A DNA stretch of 64,000 nt from a virus (lineage: Duplodnaviria > Caudoviricetes), in the IMG/VR virus record IMGVR_UViG_3300037420_002493, positions 10,055-74,054 of that record. One strand, written 5' to 3'. The notes under the pieces are model-generated. The model worked only from the letters and a program-made list of their open reading frames with translations. It did no database searches and was not told where the DNA came from. The stretch's first letter is position 1; each line of letters begins with the position of its first letter. Shown in pieces: positions 27,024-36,974 of this stretch. The position numbers were made by a program, and so were the translations under genes.

Positions 27024-27722
27024 ATGAAACCCTATGAATTTCTAGTTCGGTGGAACTCAGAAGGTGTGCTGCAAGGGGCACACGTCATTTTTCAAGAGCA
27101 GTTAACGGATTCTCTTGGGAACACGACTCCTGTGATTCATCCGGCTCAACCTGTGGCGATCGGAGAAGCGCAGGGCTTTCCCTTGGAAGATGTTCTAGGG
27201 GAAGTAAATGCAGCAGCACTAAAGACTATTGATGAGTTAAAGCAGTCTCACCAAGACGAGACTGAGGCAAACACCGCGGCACATAATGCTGCAATTCAGC
27301 AGCTTCAAGACGCGCATCAGACCGAATTGCTCGTTCTAAAACAAGAGCACGAAGCGAGTTTGAGCCAGTTGCGGCAATCCTATGAGCAACAGCTTGAGCA
27401 ACTCACCCAAGAACTAGAATCGTTCAAGAACCCTCCCATTAAGTGGAGTCAGTTTCGTTTAGCCATGATGGGTAATGCGGCTTACGATCGGGTGGAAGAA
27501 TCGCTATCTGACAGCAAAGAGGGAACGCGGCTGCTGATTAAGTTGACCACAGTGGTTAGCATGGACAATCCGAACCTTGTGGTGCTCCAATCGGTCTGGA
27601 ATACAGCGCTTGATTTAGTGGGCTATCCAACCGCAGATGACATTGCAGAGTGGAATGCAAACGCAACGGGCACGAATGTTCCGATCCGATTCGATGACAA
27701 CGGGAAAATCACAATAATCTAA
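27024..27722 (+). CDS. Hypothetical coiled-coil protein (fibre-associated)
   Basis: 232 aa ORF. Confidence 0.55.
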   Translation: MKPYEFLVRWNSEGVLQGAHVIFQEQLTDSLGNTTPVIHPAQPVAIGEAQGFPLEDVLGEVNAAALKTIDELKQSHQDETEANTAAHNAAIQQLQDAHQTELLVLKQEHEASLSQLRQSYEQQLEQLTQELESFKNPPIKWSQFRLAMMGNAAYDRVEESLSDSKEGTRLLIKLTTVVSMDNPNLVVLQSVWNTALDLVGYPTADDIAEWNANATGTNVPIRFDDNGKITII

Positions 27723-27858
27723 ATAGCGTCAGTGGTTCTGTTGATGCCGTTTTCAGAACATCAGGCATAATGGCGTGAGCAACGATTCAGCTACACGATC
27801 GGGATTACCAACCGTGTCTAAGCCCTCTCTCTCAAACTACAAACTTTTGGAGCTTTTC

Positions 27859-28242
27859 ATGACGACATTTACTCGATTGGTTGAACTTGTCCACGCTAGC
27901 CGCGCTGCTGATCAAGCATTAATTGCGAATTATCAAGCGCAAATCACTGAAAAGGATGCTGAGATTGCTCGGTTGAAATCAGAAGATGAAGTTGAAGATG
28001 CGGGCTACGAAGCAACGATCGAAGAGTTGCAAGCCAAAAAAGCGGAATTAGAAGCAGCAGCAGCAGAAATTCAAGCAGGAATCGACCAACTTGCGTCTGA
28101 GTACCAGCCTGAAGCGCCTGCTCCTACGCCCACTGAAGAGCCTGTCCCAACGGAAGAACCTACTCCTACTGACAATTCTGGTGAGACGACTCCTGCTGAG
28201 GAGCCCGCTCCTGATGTAGTTGTTGAAGAGGGTGGATTCTAG
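27859..28242 (+). CDS. Acidic coiled-coil protein with PTEEP repeats
   Basis: 127 aa; GGAG upstream. Confidence 0.55.
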   Translation: MTTFTRLVELVHASRAADQALIANYQAQITEKDAEIARLKSEDEVEDAGYEATIEELQAKKAELEAAAAEIQAGIDQLASEYQPEAPAPTPTEEPVPTEEPTPTDNSGETTPAEEPAPDVVVEEGGF

Positions 28243-28275
28243 ATCTTCAAATCACATCAGCGTTAAATCCCTTCC

Positions 28276-28306
28276 AAATCTCCTCTCAAAACAGAGGAGA
28301 TTTTTT
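28276..28306 (+). terminator. Intrinsic terminator
   Basis: AAATCTCCTCT-6-AGAGGAGATTT followed by T run. Confidence 0.75.
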
Positions 28307-28405
28307 ATTGGCAAATCGGTCACGTCTGACCGATTTCAAAGGAGCAGGTTGAGGATTGATATCTGTATGGCAGAATTCAATTTCTGAGTTCCTGTCACCA
28401 TCTTT

Positions 28406-30175
28406 ATGACAACAAAGACAAGGCGTGAAATTCAAAAGTTTGCAGAACAACACATTGGACTCGTCCGCAAAATTGCTCATCAGATCAAATTTAAATGCGA
28501 AACTGAAACCTTTGATGATTTGGTGAGCATCGGCACGATCGGGCTAATGAAAGCTGTCGAAAAGTTCGATGACAGTCAGGGCAGTGCTTTTAGCAGTCTT
28601 GCTGTGCCCTACATTCGTGGTGAAATCCTGCACTACTTGCGTGATGCCAAAGGTGAACTGATCCGCCACCGACGCGGCGAACAACGGCAGTTCATTAACA
28701 GTCTTGATGCTCCTCTATCCCATGATTCTGAAACCACGCTACTCGAAACCATTGCAAACACGACGGCAACGATCGAGACACAAGACAGCGAAGCAGTTGC
28801 ACAGCTCAGTACCTTGTTGAACCGGTTGACTTATCCCTATCGCGAAGTTCTGATCTTGATCGAGCTCAACGGACTTTTGAACAAAGAAGCGGCGGAATGG
28901 TTTGAGGTCAGTCCAGTGACAATTACTCGCTGGCTTGCCAACGCACAGCAGCAACTTCAACAATTAAAAGATCAGCCTGAGAAATTTAAAACCAAAACCT
29001 ACAAGCGCGATCGCAATGCCTTACCCTACCGCGATGAACTAAAACAACTCCACGTTCCTGAAATTAAACGTCGATGCGAAGTGTGCGATCGCGTGTTTGG
29101 GTTATGGGAAAAAGCCTATTGCATTGCTAAATCCAATATTCCTAAAACCTGTTCTAGCGTTTGTGCTCGTAAATTGTCGGGACAATCCAACCCTAACTTC
29201 AACGGTTGGAGCGATCTGGAAATCAAATTTCTCAAAGACCGCATTGGCAAAATGCCTACCATCAAAATTATTGAGGAATTTCAGAAACGCTGGACACATC
29301 GCACTAATACCGCGCTCAAAGTTAAGCTCAAACGCATTGCTAAATCCCTTAAATGCACTGACGACGGCTGGAGTATGCGCGATTTAGCTCGACTCCTCGA
29401 TATACCCGCAGATCGAGTGCGAGTTTGGAAAAAGCGTGGACTCAAGATGGACAAGATTCCCCGCGCTACAGTTGGGCAGTGCGTAATCTATCGCAAAGAT
29501 TTACACGAATTCTGCACTGAGCAATATTGGCGATTTAGCGGTATCGACGTTGAGAAGCTGACAGAAGTATTACAAGATCGCGCCCTCGCCGAAAAATGCG
29601 CCACTCAACCCTTAAGAAAGAAACGGGTTGAAGTTCAACATTTAGGCTCAAAGAGGGTGTATCGCAGTGCCCGCGAAGCCGCAAGAGAAATGGGCGTCGA
29701 TCGCCAATTCGTGTTGCGTGAAATTAAACGTAAAGATACTGCCTTGATGAAACAAAGCCATGTCGAAACGGTTGGGCTAGCAACACTACCTATCAAGTCA
29801 TTGCACGAGCGGCGCGATGAACGATCTGTCATTGACCCATCCTTACCAATGAACATTCGTAGACTTCGACATCCCGACGGCAGAATCTACGAAACTAATA
29901 ATCTAAGCTTGTTTGCCAATATTCACGACCTTACCGATTCGCTTTTGTCGCAACTTTGTCTGGGTCGGCAAGGCACTCACAAAGGATGGAGATTTATTGA
30001 TTTTTCTGACCGCCAAAGTAGATACACTTCACAACTCAATCAGAAAACAGCCGCTCGGAAACGGCTTGATGAACCAGAGCCAAAGCAGGTGAATTTTTTA
30101 CATGAACCCAAGACTTGGGAAGATTTTGCGAAACTGTTTGATCTATTGGTTCCGGTTGAAATCGGTCAGCTATGA
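28406..30175 (+). CDS. SigF-like sigma-70 factor fused to several DNA-binding modules
   Basis: FDDLVSIGTIGLMKAVEKFD..AVPYIRGEILHYLRD; region 4 HTH; ~390 aa extension. Confidence 0.8.
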   Translation: MTTKTRREIQKFAEQHIGLVRKIAHQIKFKCETETFDDLVSIGTIGLMKAVEKFDDSQGSAFSSLAVPYIRGEILHYLRDAKGELIRHRRGEQRQFINSLDAPLSHDSETTLLETIANTTATIETQDSEAVAQLSTLLNRLTYPYREVLILIELNGLLNKEAAEWFEVSPVTITRWLANAQQQLQQLKDQPEKFKTKTYKRDRNALPYRDELKQLHVPEIKRRCEVCDRVFGLWEKAYCIAKSNIPKTCSSVCARKLSGQSNPNFNGWSDLEIKFLKDRIGKMPTIKIIEEFQKRWTHRTNTALKVKLKRIAKSLKCTDDGWSMRDLARLLDIPADRVRVWKKRGLKMDKIPRATVGQCVIYRKDLHEFCTEQYWRFSGIDVEKLTEVLQDRALAEKCATQPLRKKRVEVQHLGSKRVYRSAREAAREMGVDRQFVLREIKRKDTALMKQSHVETVGLATLPIKSLHERRDERSVIDPSLPMNIRRLRHPDGRIYETNNLSLFANIHDLTDSLLSQLCLGRQGTHKGWRFIDFSDRQSRYTSQLNQKTAARKRLDEPEPKQVNFLHEPKTWEDFAKLFDLLVPVEIGQL

Positions 30176-30181
30176 CCAATT

Positions 30182-30631
30182 TCACTTTAGCAGTGGTTGA
30201 GGATTAATCGCGCTCCATCCCATTACTGTGCGTTGGTGCACTTCAAAATGCAAATGCGGTCCTGTGCTTCGACCCGTGGAACCGACTCGCCCGATCGTGC
30301 TTCCAGCTTCTACCTGTTGACCAGCCTGCACATCAATTTCTGATAGATGACCATAAAGCGTTCTACGAGCAAAGCCTTCGATCATGATGCACTTGCCGTA
30401 ACCCCCATACCAACCTGCCTTAACGACCTTTCCTGCGTGGGCAGCGAGCACGATCGTTCCTAATGGGGCTACCAAATCAATTCCTCTGTGCGGACGGCAG
30501 ATACCAGTAAGACAACGATTGGGGGAGAACGGGGAACTGACAGGGGCACGATCGGACAGGGGATATTGCAGCGTTTCTGTTAGAGGTCGAACATACGCTA
30601 GTTGAGCCGCAAACAAGAGAGAAACAAACAT
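30182..30631 (-). CDS. M23 metallopeptidase
   Basis: HRGID; YGHL; GRSTGPHLHFE. Confidence 0.9.
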   Translation of the reverse strand: MFVSLLFAAQLAYVRPLTETLQYPLSDRAPVSSPFSPNRCLTGICRPHRGIDLVAPLGTIVLAAHAGKVVKAGWYGGYGKCIMIEGFARRTLYGHLSEIDVQAGQQVEAGSTIGRVGSTGRSTGPHLHFEVHQRTVMGWSAINPQPLLK

Positions 30632-30747
30632 AGTGAGGAGATGTAGGGTTGCATTGTGTTTGTCGAATAAATTTGATTGGGCTTTTTGTAAAGTTAGCGT
30701 GAAGCTTCTATTGATTGGTACGTTATACCTTGCATTGCAGGATACGG

Positions 30748-31458
30748 CTAAAACAATTCAGGCATTCCGACAAACCACCCCTGTTGGAATTCGACGCCTA
30801 ACTCTCTTAAAAAGACTTGAACTGCTCTCGTCTCAACCCCTTCCGCGATCGTGGTGGCGCGTGTGAGCCGTGCTGCATTCACTAGAAAATCGACGGTGAG
30901 GAAATCGATCGGGCAATGACTGACCCCAGCCACAATGGAGCGGTCTAATTTCACCGCATTAATCGGCAGAAACTTGAGCAGCGCTAGATTTGTGTAGCCC
31001 ACACCAAAATCATCCAGAGCAAATTGCCCCCCTTCACACCGCCAAAATTCAGCAAAGGCACGAATTCGATTCAGGTCGGGAGCAATAGCCGTTTCAGTGA
31101 GTTCAAATGTGATGCGCGACGGGCTGATGTTGTACTCTGTGCAGGTATCCACAACCCAGTGGGGCAAATCGGGATCAGAGGCAGTGATGGCAGAGAGGTT
31201 AATTGAGTATTCAGCGGCATCTTTGGCGATGCGTTGAAGTGCCTGTTCGATGATGATTCGGTCTAGAACTGGAATCCATCCGCCCTGCTCAGCAGACCGA
31301 ATGATTGCATCTGGAGACGAGGGACGATCGTCTAAGTTTAGCCTCAGTAATATTTCATATTTGTCACCACAAATTTGCCCTAGCAAAGGTTTAATTGGTT
31401 GACGCATGAGCATTAACCAATCCGATCGTAGTAATGGTTGTAGTGCCGTAAAAACCAA
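30748..31458 (-). CDS. Stand-alone EAL-domain c-di-GMP phosphodiesterase
   Basis: QPI; EILLR; SINLS; FELTE; LDDFG; KLD; AEGVET; QGW. Confidence 0.9.
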   Translation of the reverse strand: MVFTALQPLLRSDWLMLMRQPIKPLLGQICGDKYEILLRLNLDDRPSSPDAIIRSAEQGGWIPVLDRIIIEQALQRIAKDAAEYSINLSAITASDPDLPHWVVDTCTEYNISPSRITFELTETAIAPDLNRIRAFAEFWRCEGGQFALDDFGVGYTNLALLKFLPINAVKLDRSIVAGVSHCPIDFLTVDFLVNAARLTRATTIAEGVETRAVQVFLRELGVEFQQGWFVGMPELF

Positions 31459-31616
31459 TGCTAAGGAATACGAAAAACTGAACCTATTCTAAAAGAATTG
31501 AGTAGCATTATAGGCAATTAGATAGATGGCAAATAAAAACAGGTTCAGTAGTTACAGCGATATCAGGTCAAAAAATAAAGAGATAATAAAGGAAGAAAGT
31601 TTGTTTGGGGATTCTG

Positions 31617-32066
31617 ATGTACAGTCCAGAATCGCAAGTTGCGGTTTTGAATCAAGCGGTCGAACTGCTAAAAGCAGCAACAGATCGGTTGTACAGCCGC
31701 TTTGAAAACCTCGATAAAAGTATCATTGATGCTGTAAAGTCGATCGGTCAAGACATGAGAGCTACTCAGGATGCGTTGAAGTTGGACATCGAGAAAGTTC
31801 AAGAAGAAGCTGAAACGCATCTGAGAGAAATGCAGCGCAAGTTCGACGCCGATTTGAAAGAGACGCAGAACAAGTTTGACGCCAAGCTAGAATTGGTGCG
31901 CTCTGAAGTAACGTTAGACAAGATTAAGATTGGTCAATTGACCCAGATTGCGACTGCTGCGTGCGTTGTCGCTACTGTGTCATTTACAGGTCTCGCAGGG
32001 ATTGCTATCACCAACGTTTTCAAACAACCTCAAGTAGCTGCCAGCGTGGCTGATGTCAAAAAGTAA
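31617..32066 (+). CDS. Coiled-coil protein with C-terminal TM (possible lysis accessory)
   Basis: IATAACVVATVSFTGLAGIAI; coupled to C39 gene. Confidence 0.5.
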   Translation: MYSPESQVAVLNQAVELLKAATDRLYSRFENLDKSIIDAVKSIGQDMRATQDALKLDIEKVQEEAETHLREMQRKFDADLKETQNKFDAKLELVRSEVTLDKIKIGQLTQIATAACVVATVSFTGLAGIAITNVFKQPQVAASVADVKK

Positions 32067-32854
32067 TGCCTACCCTGAAAATCATCAAACCAACGATCGC
32101 GAAGCAAAGTACTGCTCAAGCGTCAACACTTCCTCCCTGCTATCGAGTCAATTTGGAAGCAGGAACCTACTCAATCCTGAAGATTGAATACGCAGGCTCG
32201 AAGCACTACAAGGTAGGGTTTCCTAAACCTATCCAGTCATCCGACAAAACCAAGTCTTTTCAAACCTGGTGTATCTTTGCTGAGGATTTAGAAATTCCAG
32301 GGGATGCAGAAACGATCGTGGGCACAACGGGTGAAGTAAAACTCGGAATGCGCTACCGATCGCAGCGCAATAATGAACTGAATCCCGATGGTTCCTGTAA
32401 CGTGACATCATTTGCCATGTGCCTCGACTTCCTAGGAGCCAAGCGCAAAGAGAGTGAGGGGCAGTTTGAGGATGAACTGTATCGCTACTGCGAAAACCAC
32501 GATTTGTGCCGTCACACTCCGGAGGGTTTAAAGTCGCTAGCAGAAGCCTATGGAGTGAAAGATGATTTTCACTCAGATGCAGATATTGAGCAGATTAAAG
32601 CCCATCTGAGATTGGGGCTTCCAGCAGTGCTGCAAGGGTACTTCACTGGCTTTGGTCATGTTGTCGCGCTGAACGGCTGTAATGATGATGGATTCTGGGT
32701 GTACGACCCCTATGGGGAGTGGAATATTTGGGGCTACACCCGCAACAGTATCTGGGGTGAAGATGGACCGGGAGACAATATCTTTTACTCCGATCGTCTG
32801 ATTCAAGATACGTGCGATCGGGATGGCATTTGGGCACATTTACTGTCGAAGTGA
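32066..32854 (+). CDS. C39-family peptidase (possible endolysin)
   Basis: SCNVTSFAMCL (C); GHVVAL (H); VYDPYG (D). Confidence 0.8.
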   Translation: MPTLKIIKPTIAKQSTAQASTLPPCYRVNLEAGTYSILKIEYAGSKHYKVGFPKPIQSSDKTKSFQTWCIFAEDLEIPGDAETIVGTTGEVKLGMRYRSQRNNELNPDGSCNVTSFAMCLDFLGAKRKESEGQFEDELYRYCENHDLCRHTPEGLKSLAEAYGVKDDFHSDADIEQIKAHLRLGLPAVLQGYFTGFGHVVALNGCNDDGFWVYDPYGEWNIWGYTRNSIWGEDGPGDNIFYSDRLIQDTCDRDGIWAHLLSK

Positions 32855-32881
32855 AATCGGTCATAGCTGACCGATTGTTCA

Positions 32882-33346
32882 CTAGAACACGAGTCTAAAT
32901 AATCCAGAGATTCTCAACTTCCACAAATAGCCGTACTTATTGCGATTCGCCCACGGGTCAGCTTTGAAGGCTTGATAATTGCCGAAGTTATGGGCACATC
33001 CGGGGCGATTGGAGTGGTGCAAGTCACACAATGGGAACACCTGCCAGAGTGGAATCTCGAACCCTGGAAGCGGTAGGCTATAACCCCACAGAATAGGGAT
33101 GAGTGACAATCCAAATAAGGACAATGGAGTGATTAAGGCAACGATCGACGAAAGAATCGTAATCGGATACACGATCGGAAGTCCATAGTAAGCGTGATGC
33201 ACTTCGGTGGCAGGAGAGGAGCAGCACACGCATTTACCACGAGTGAGAGCCTTTGCTCGTTTAGCAGTCTTGCGCCATTTCTGAGGATGGTAGCGCTTGA
33301 TTGCGTTGGGATTGCTGACCCAACCATCGCGTTTTAGATATGACAT
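32882..33346 (-). CDS. HNH-like endonuclease with hydrophobic insertion
   Basis: W..A..R..CVCC..ATEVHH..[hydrophobic]..PLCDLHH. Confidence 0.6.
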   Translation of the reverse strand: MSYLKRDGWVSNPNAIKRYHPQKWRKTAKRAKALTRGKCVCCSSPATEVHHAYYGLPIVYPITILSSIVALITPLSLFGLSLIPILWGYSLPLPGFEIPLWQVFPLCDLHHSNRPGCAHNFGNYQAFKADPWANRNKYGYLWKLRISGLFRLVF

Positions 33347-33606
33347 TACACTTCAGCCGTTTTTGCCGCATTCAGAAAATCAGCCCCTAATATTTCCATC
33401 ATTTCTGGTAAATGTTTGGGGATTGAAAAGCTGATTGGGAAAGTTTCCCCGTTTTTATCGAGAAACGCTTTCATCGCCTCGTCGATCGTGTTTTCAACAG
33501 TGAAGTCTACAGGTACTCCGTCTTGCTCTAGCTGAGCGCAAATCACGCATCCTTGAGGGATTTTGGAATAGATGTCGTTTTGGTATTTCCAGATCTTTAC
33601 TTTCAT
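33346..33606 (-). CDS. Hypothetical protein
   Basis: Coupled ORF. Confidence 0.5.
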   Translation of the reverse strand: MKVKIWKYQNDIYSKIPQGCVICAQLEQDGVPVDFTVENTIDEAMKAFLDKNGETFPISFSIPKHLPEMMEILGADFLNAAKTAEV

Positions 33607-33609
33607 TGC

Positions 33610-33990
33610 TTATTTCCGAGAAGTACAAATTGCTGCGATCGCGGAGGGGAAAACCCACACGGCAGACTGAGGAGCAGAGAAGCCCACTAACAGAGAGGCG
33701 ATTCCTGAAACTCCAGTAAAGAGGGTGGTTTTGAGCGCGATCGTGATTAAGGTTTTCCGTCGTTCCTCTAGCAATGCAGCCGCGAGCTGCTGACCTGCAA
33801 TCCGATCATTCTCAAGTTCAACTCCACACTGCTGCTGAATAAAGCTATTGATTCCAGGCTGATACCGCTCACTAAACCCTTGTTGTAATGCGGCTAGTTT
33901 GGCATCAGCCACAATTGCCCCTAGCTCTAGGTCGTCATCAATTCCCAGGTCTAGCGGAATATCCGAGGGTAGAGGCTTGATTCGCTTCAT
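33610..33990 (-). CDS. Membrane protein (two C-terminal TMs)
   Basis: LITIALKTTLFTGVSGIASLLVG. Confidence 0.5.
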   Translation of the reverse strand: MKRIKPLPSDIPLDLGIDDDLELGAIVADAKLAALQQGFSERYQPGINSFIQQQCGVELENDRIAGQQLAAALLEERRKTLITIALKTTLFTGVSGIASLLVGFSAPQSAVWVFPSAIAAICTSRK

Positions 33991-34216
33991 AGGGTCTGAG
34001 GGTTTGGGCTACAGCCACAACGCAGGATAGGGTAAGAGCACTTAGAGCAAGCAATGCCACGATCGTGATGAGGTTTTGCCGCAATTCTGATCGTCTATGC
34101 TCTTGCGCCTGCCTTCTGGCATGAGCCGTTAAGGTATCAATCACCTCCGGATCATCCCCAGAGCAGGACAGATAACCTGTAGGGGTGACAGTGAATTGAA
34201 TCGGGGAATTACTCAT
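33938..34216 (-). CDS. Membrane protein
   Basis: LITIVALLALSALTLSCVVAVA. Confidence 0.5.
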   Translation of the reverse strand: MSNSPIQFTVTPTGYLSCSGDDPEVIDTLTAHARRQAQEHRRSELRQNLITIVALLALSALTLSCVVAVAQTLRPYEANQASTLGYSARPGN

Positions 34217-34550
34217 CTTTGCCGTCTCCATACAGGTCGGATTCGTTGACTCCATGAGCTTCATAGATGGCATTCTTCAGCAGAGTGTTGACCTTGCGCT
34301 GGGAATCTCGAATATGACCTTGAAATAGTTTCAGGTTGTTTGAGAAGCGCTCCTCATAGACCTGATATGCCTTAGCAAAGGGAGCATCAGCCGCTGCGAT
34401 CGCCGCTTCGCTTAACTCTTCACTCAGCTCAATTTTGGGCGCTTCCTTGGTTTGAGGTGTTAGCTTCTGTTTCTGCTCAGATTGAGGCTTGACGAGTTGA
34501 GATTGGGGTTTGGGTTGTTGAGATTGTTGGGGTTTAACTAAATCAGACAT
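34209..34550 (-). CDS. Hypothetical protein, Q/P/K-rich N-term
   Basis: GGAG upstream. Confidence 0.55.
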   Translation of the reverse strand: MSDLVKPQQSQQPKPQSQLVKPQSEQKQKLTPQTKEAPKIELSEELSEAAIAAADAPFAKAYQVYEERFSNNLKLFQGHIRDSQRKVNTLLKNAIYEAHGVNESDLYGDGKDE

Positions 34551-34559
34551 TCTGAACTC

Positions 34560-34955
34560 CTATACGATTAATGGTTTGGTAAGTTTTTTGGCAAGAAAGT
34601 TTTCAATCAGTCGGTCGCAATCTTCGCGAGAGCCACCCGCCAGCTTGACAAACTCTAGAGCCACCTCATCGCCTTGTTGAGTACACAGTTCAACAAAGCT
34701 TTTTCGTGAGGCAAAGGGGTGAGCCCGTTTGTAGCAGGCAAGAACATAGAGCCGCCACACTCCCTCTTTATTGATGGGTTTATATTCTGTTAGCCCGATC
34801 GCGACGGCATCACGACTCACGATCGAGGGGTCAATCCCTCCAAACATCTCCGCAACTTCGCGACGAGTAAAGGAAACAGGTTCTACCGTCACTGGAGTTG
34901 GGAGATGAGGTAAAGGGTCTTTCGGGGGTCTTCTCATGCAAAGCGTGTTAGGCAT
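34560..34955 (-). CDS. Putative HTH DNA-binding protein
   Basis: FTRREVAEMFGGIDPSIVSR. Confidence 0.5.
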   Translation of the reverse strand: MPNTLCMRRPPKDPLPHLPTPVTVEPVSFTRREVAEMFGGIDPSIVSRDAVAIGLTEYKPINKEGVWRLYVLACYKRAHPFASRKSFVELCTQQGDEVALEFVKLAGGSREDCDRLIENFLAKKLTKPLIV

Positions 34956-35115
34956 GTGAGTTCTTAAAACGTGCGATTACCATGCGATTACCATGCAAAC
35001 AATTCGAGCGCGTCGGTTAGCTAAAGTTGCACGAAGCCTAAAAGGTGGAAATTTTCATAATTGAGGCTGAGTAGGGATTACAGAGACTCTGAAAAAGTCG
35101 AGATAGCATGTCGTG

Positions 35116-36498
35116 CTACATCACCGCTTTGAACGACTTCAGATCGGGCAGAAGCTGAAGCTTAGACCCAATGGTTGAGAAGATCACAGGCGTTTTCACT
35201 TGCATTGATTTAGCTTTTAGTCCTTCTAACTCTGTGAGTAAACGATCTCCATCTACAGGAACTAGGTATCGATTTCTCAGCAAAGTAGCAATCATGTTGA
35301 AGTCGCCCCGCTGCCTGCCTAACTCATCCACCCATGCGTAGCCCTGGCAGAGAATGTTGAGGTTGTTGCGAATGTTAGCGTCTTCTGCGATTCCCAATGC
35401 TGCAACGTTATAACTTTGAGTATCCACAATCAGCCCAACGTTCATCTCTCTTCCTACGGTGACGAGAGTGGAGAGCTTTTTAGAATAGTTGGACTTGTAC
35501 CACTTCTCATCCTTAACGGTCTCCCAGATGGAATGCCAGTCGGACAGAATGAGACGAACCGGACGATCTTTAAAGTCACGCTGCGACTCAAGCGCCTGCC
35601 GCCGCTCATTGAAAATGTTGTAGACAGAATCAATGGTTTGAATGGCGGTTAGAGGGTTAACGGGGTCAAAAACGGTCAGCCGTCCCCGTTCTCTCAACCC
35701 ACAGAAACTGTCATTTTTTTGAGCAATCACCCACGCTTCGAGGTTGGGATATTTAGCAAACATCCGGTTCAAAATGTATGCCTCAGAGACACTCTTTCCA
35801 GTTCCTGTAGCCGATGCGAAGACAGTCGAGATATCGGTGACGACAATTTCATCGAGTGCCTGACAGATGCCAGGTTGTTCGATGGGTTGTTCAACGATCG
35901 GTGGTTCTGGATCTGCGACGGGCGTGGGGACTGCGACTGGCTGAATTGGCTGAACGATCGGAACTGGGGTAACAATCTGAGAGGGCTGAACCTGTGGAGC
36001 AGGCTCTTGAGTTAGTGCAGGTTGACTTACAGGTTGAGAGACTTGCTTGGGTTCGTCTTCCGGCTCCTCCTCGTCTTCTAGGTCTACATCGATATCATCG
36101 GGATCAACTCCTAGATATTCGGCGTAGTACCGACGCGCATCATCCTCGGCAATCACTTCATCGACTTGCAGTTTCGCGCCTGCATGGAGTTGAAGCTTTT
36201 GAACCTTGTGCTGGGCGATCGTTTGGTTTTGGGCGTAAGCGATATCCTCCTCTTGTTGCCTAAATCGTTCTTCGATGCGCTCTGCCTTCTCAATTTCTTC
36301 AGAAGCCTTAATCGTGAAAGCGAATGCACCACCCCCGATCGCGGCGGAAAACAGAGACGCGAGCAGCGTTCCACCGGATTTCTGCTCAGAGGATAGCGAG
36401 CTAGTCGCACAGATGATCCCTAACACCCCAATCGCTAATCCTATGCCGACGTGGGTTCGGTTGAGTCGTTCCGTGTGGGGCATGTGCTGTACGGTCAT
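35116..36498 (-). CDS. Membrane-anchored P-loop ATPase (FtsK/HerA-like)
   Basis: Two N-terminal TMs; ASATGTGKS; LILSDW; VGREMNVGLIVDTQ. Confidence 0.75.
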   Translation of the reverse strand: MTVQHMPHTERLNRTHVGIGLAIGVLGIICATSSLSSEQKSGGTLLASLFSAAIGGGAFAFTIKASEEIEKAERIEERFRQQEEDIAYAQNQTIAQHKVQKLQLHAGAKLQVDEVIAEDDARRYYAEYLGVDPDDIDVDLEDEEEPEDEPKQVSQPVSQPALTQEPAPQVQPSQIVTPVPIVQPIQPVAVPTPVADPEPPIVEQPIEQPGICQALDEIVVTDISTVFASATGTGKSVSEAYILNRMFAKYPNLEAWVIAQKNDSFCGLRERGRLTVFDPVNPLTAIQTIDSVYNIFNERRQALESQRDFKDRPVRLILSDWHSIWETVKDEKWYKSNYSKKLSTLVTVGREMNVGLIVDTQSYNVAALGIAEDANIRNNLNILCQGYAWVDELGRQRGDFNMIATLLRNRYLVPVDGDRLLTELEGLKAKSMQVKTPVIFSTIGSKLQLLPDLKSFKAVM

Positions 36499-36965
36499 CG
36501 TGACCTCCGAAACAGTAAACTTGCCCCCACTGCCGCCATGAGCACGATCGCCGGGACGCTAATCTGTAGCCCTAGCTTTTGGCTAGAGGGTTCTGCCATC
36601 GTGCCGTAGATGGCATCCCACGAGCCGCCGATAATGCCGAAGACGACGATCACGCCGATCATCACTGCCATGATGCGCTCGGAGGTGCGACGAGATAGAC
36701 AGGTGTAGACGATACAGCCCACGATCGCAATACCGACAATGAGCAGGTATCCGGGCAGTACACCCGGAATCAAGCGGGCAAATAGCGTAGAGCCAAGCCC
36801 GATTGAGAACAGCAGCCCGATCCGAGAAACGCCCCGAACGATGTCGTGGAACGTCATCGGTTTAGGTGCTTCCTCAACCTCCCAATCTCCGCCCGGAACG
36901 AGAAACGAGTTGCCCTGCTTCAGCCTGCGCGGGTCATAGATGAATGATTCGTCGTTGTCGAACAT
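36495..36965 (-). CDS. Multi-TM membrane protein
   Basis: Four hydrophobic segments. Confidence 0.6.
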   Translation of the reverse strand: MFDNDESFIYDPRRLKQGNSFLVPGGDWEVEEAPKPMTFHDIVRGVSRIGLLFSIGLGSTLFARLIPGVLPGYLLIVGIAIVGCIVYTCLSRRTSERIMAVMIGVIVVFGIIGGSWDAIYGTMAEPSSQKLGLQISVPAIVLMAAVGASLLFRRSR

Positions 36966-36974
36966 GGCTCAACC

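Noticed and set aside
28110-28215. PTEEP-type repeats as a DNA repeat element
   Set aside because: Explained by a low-complexity protein linker.
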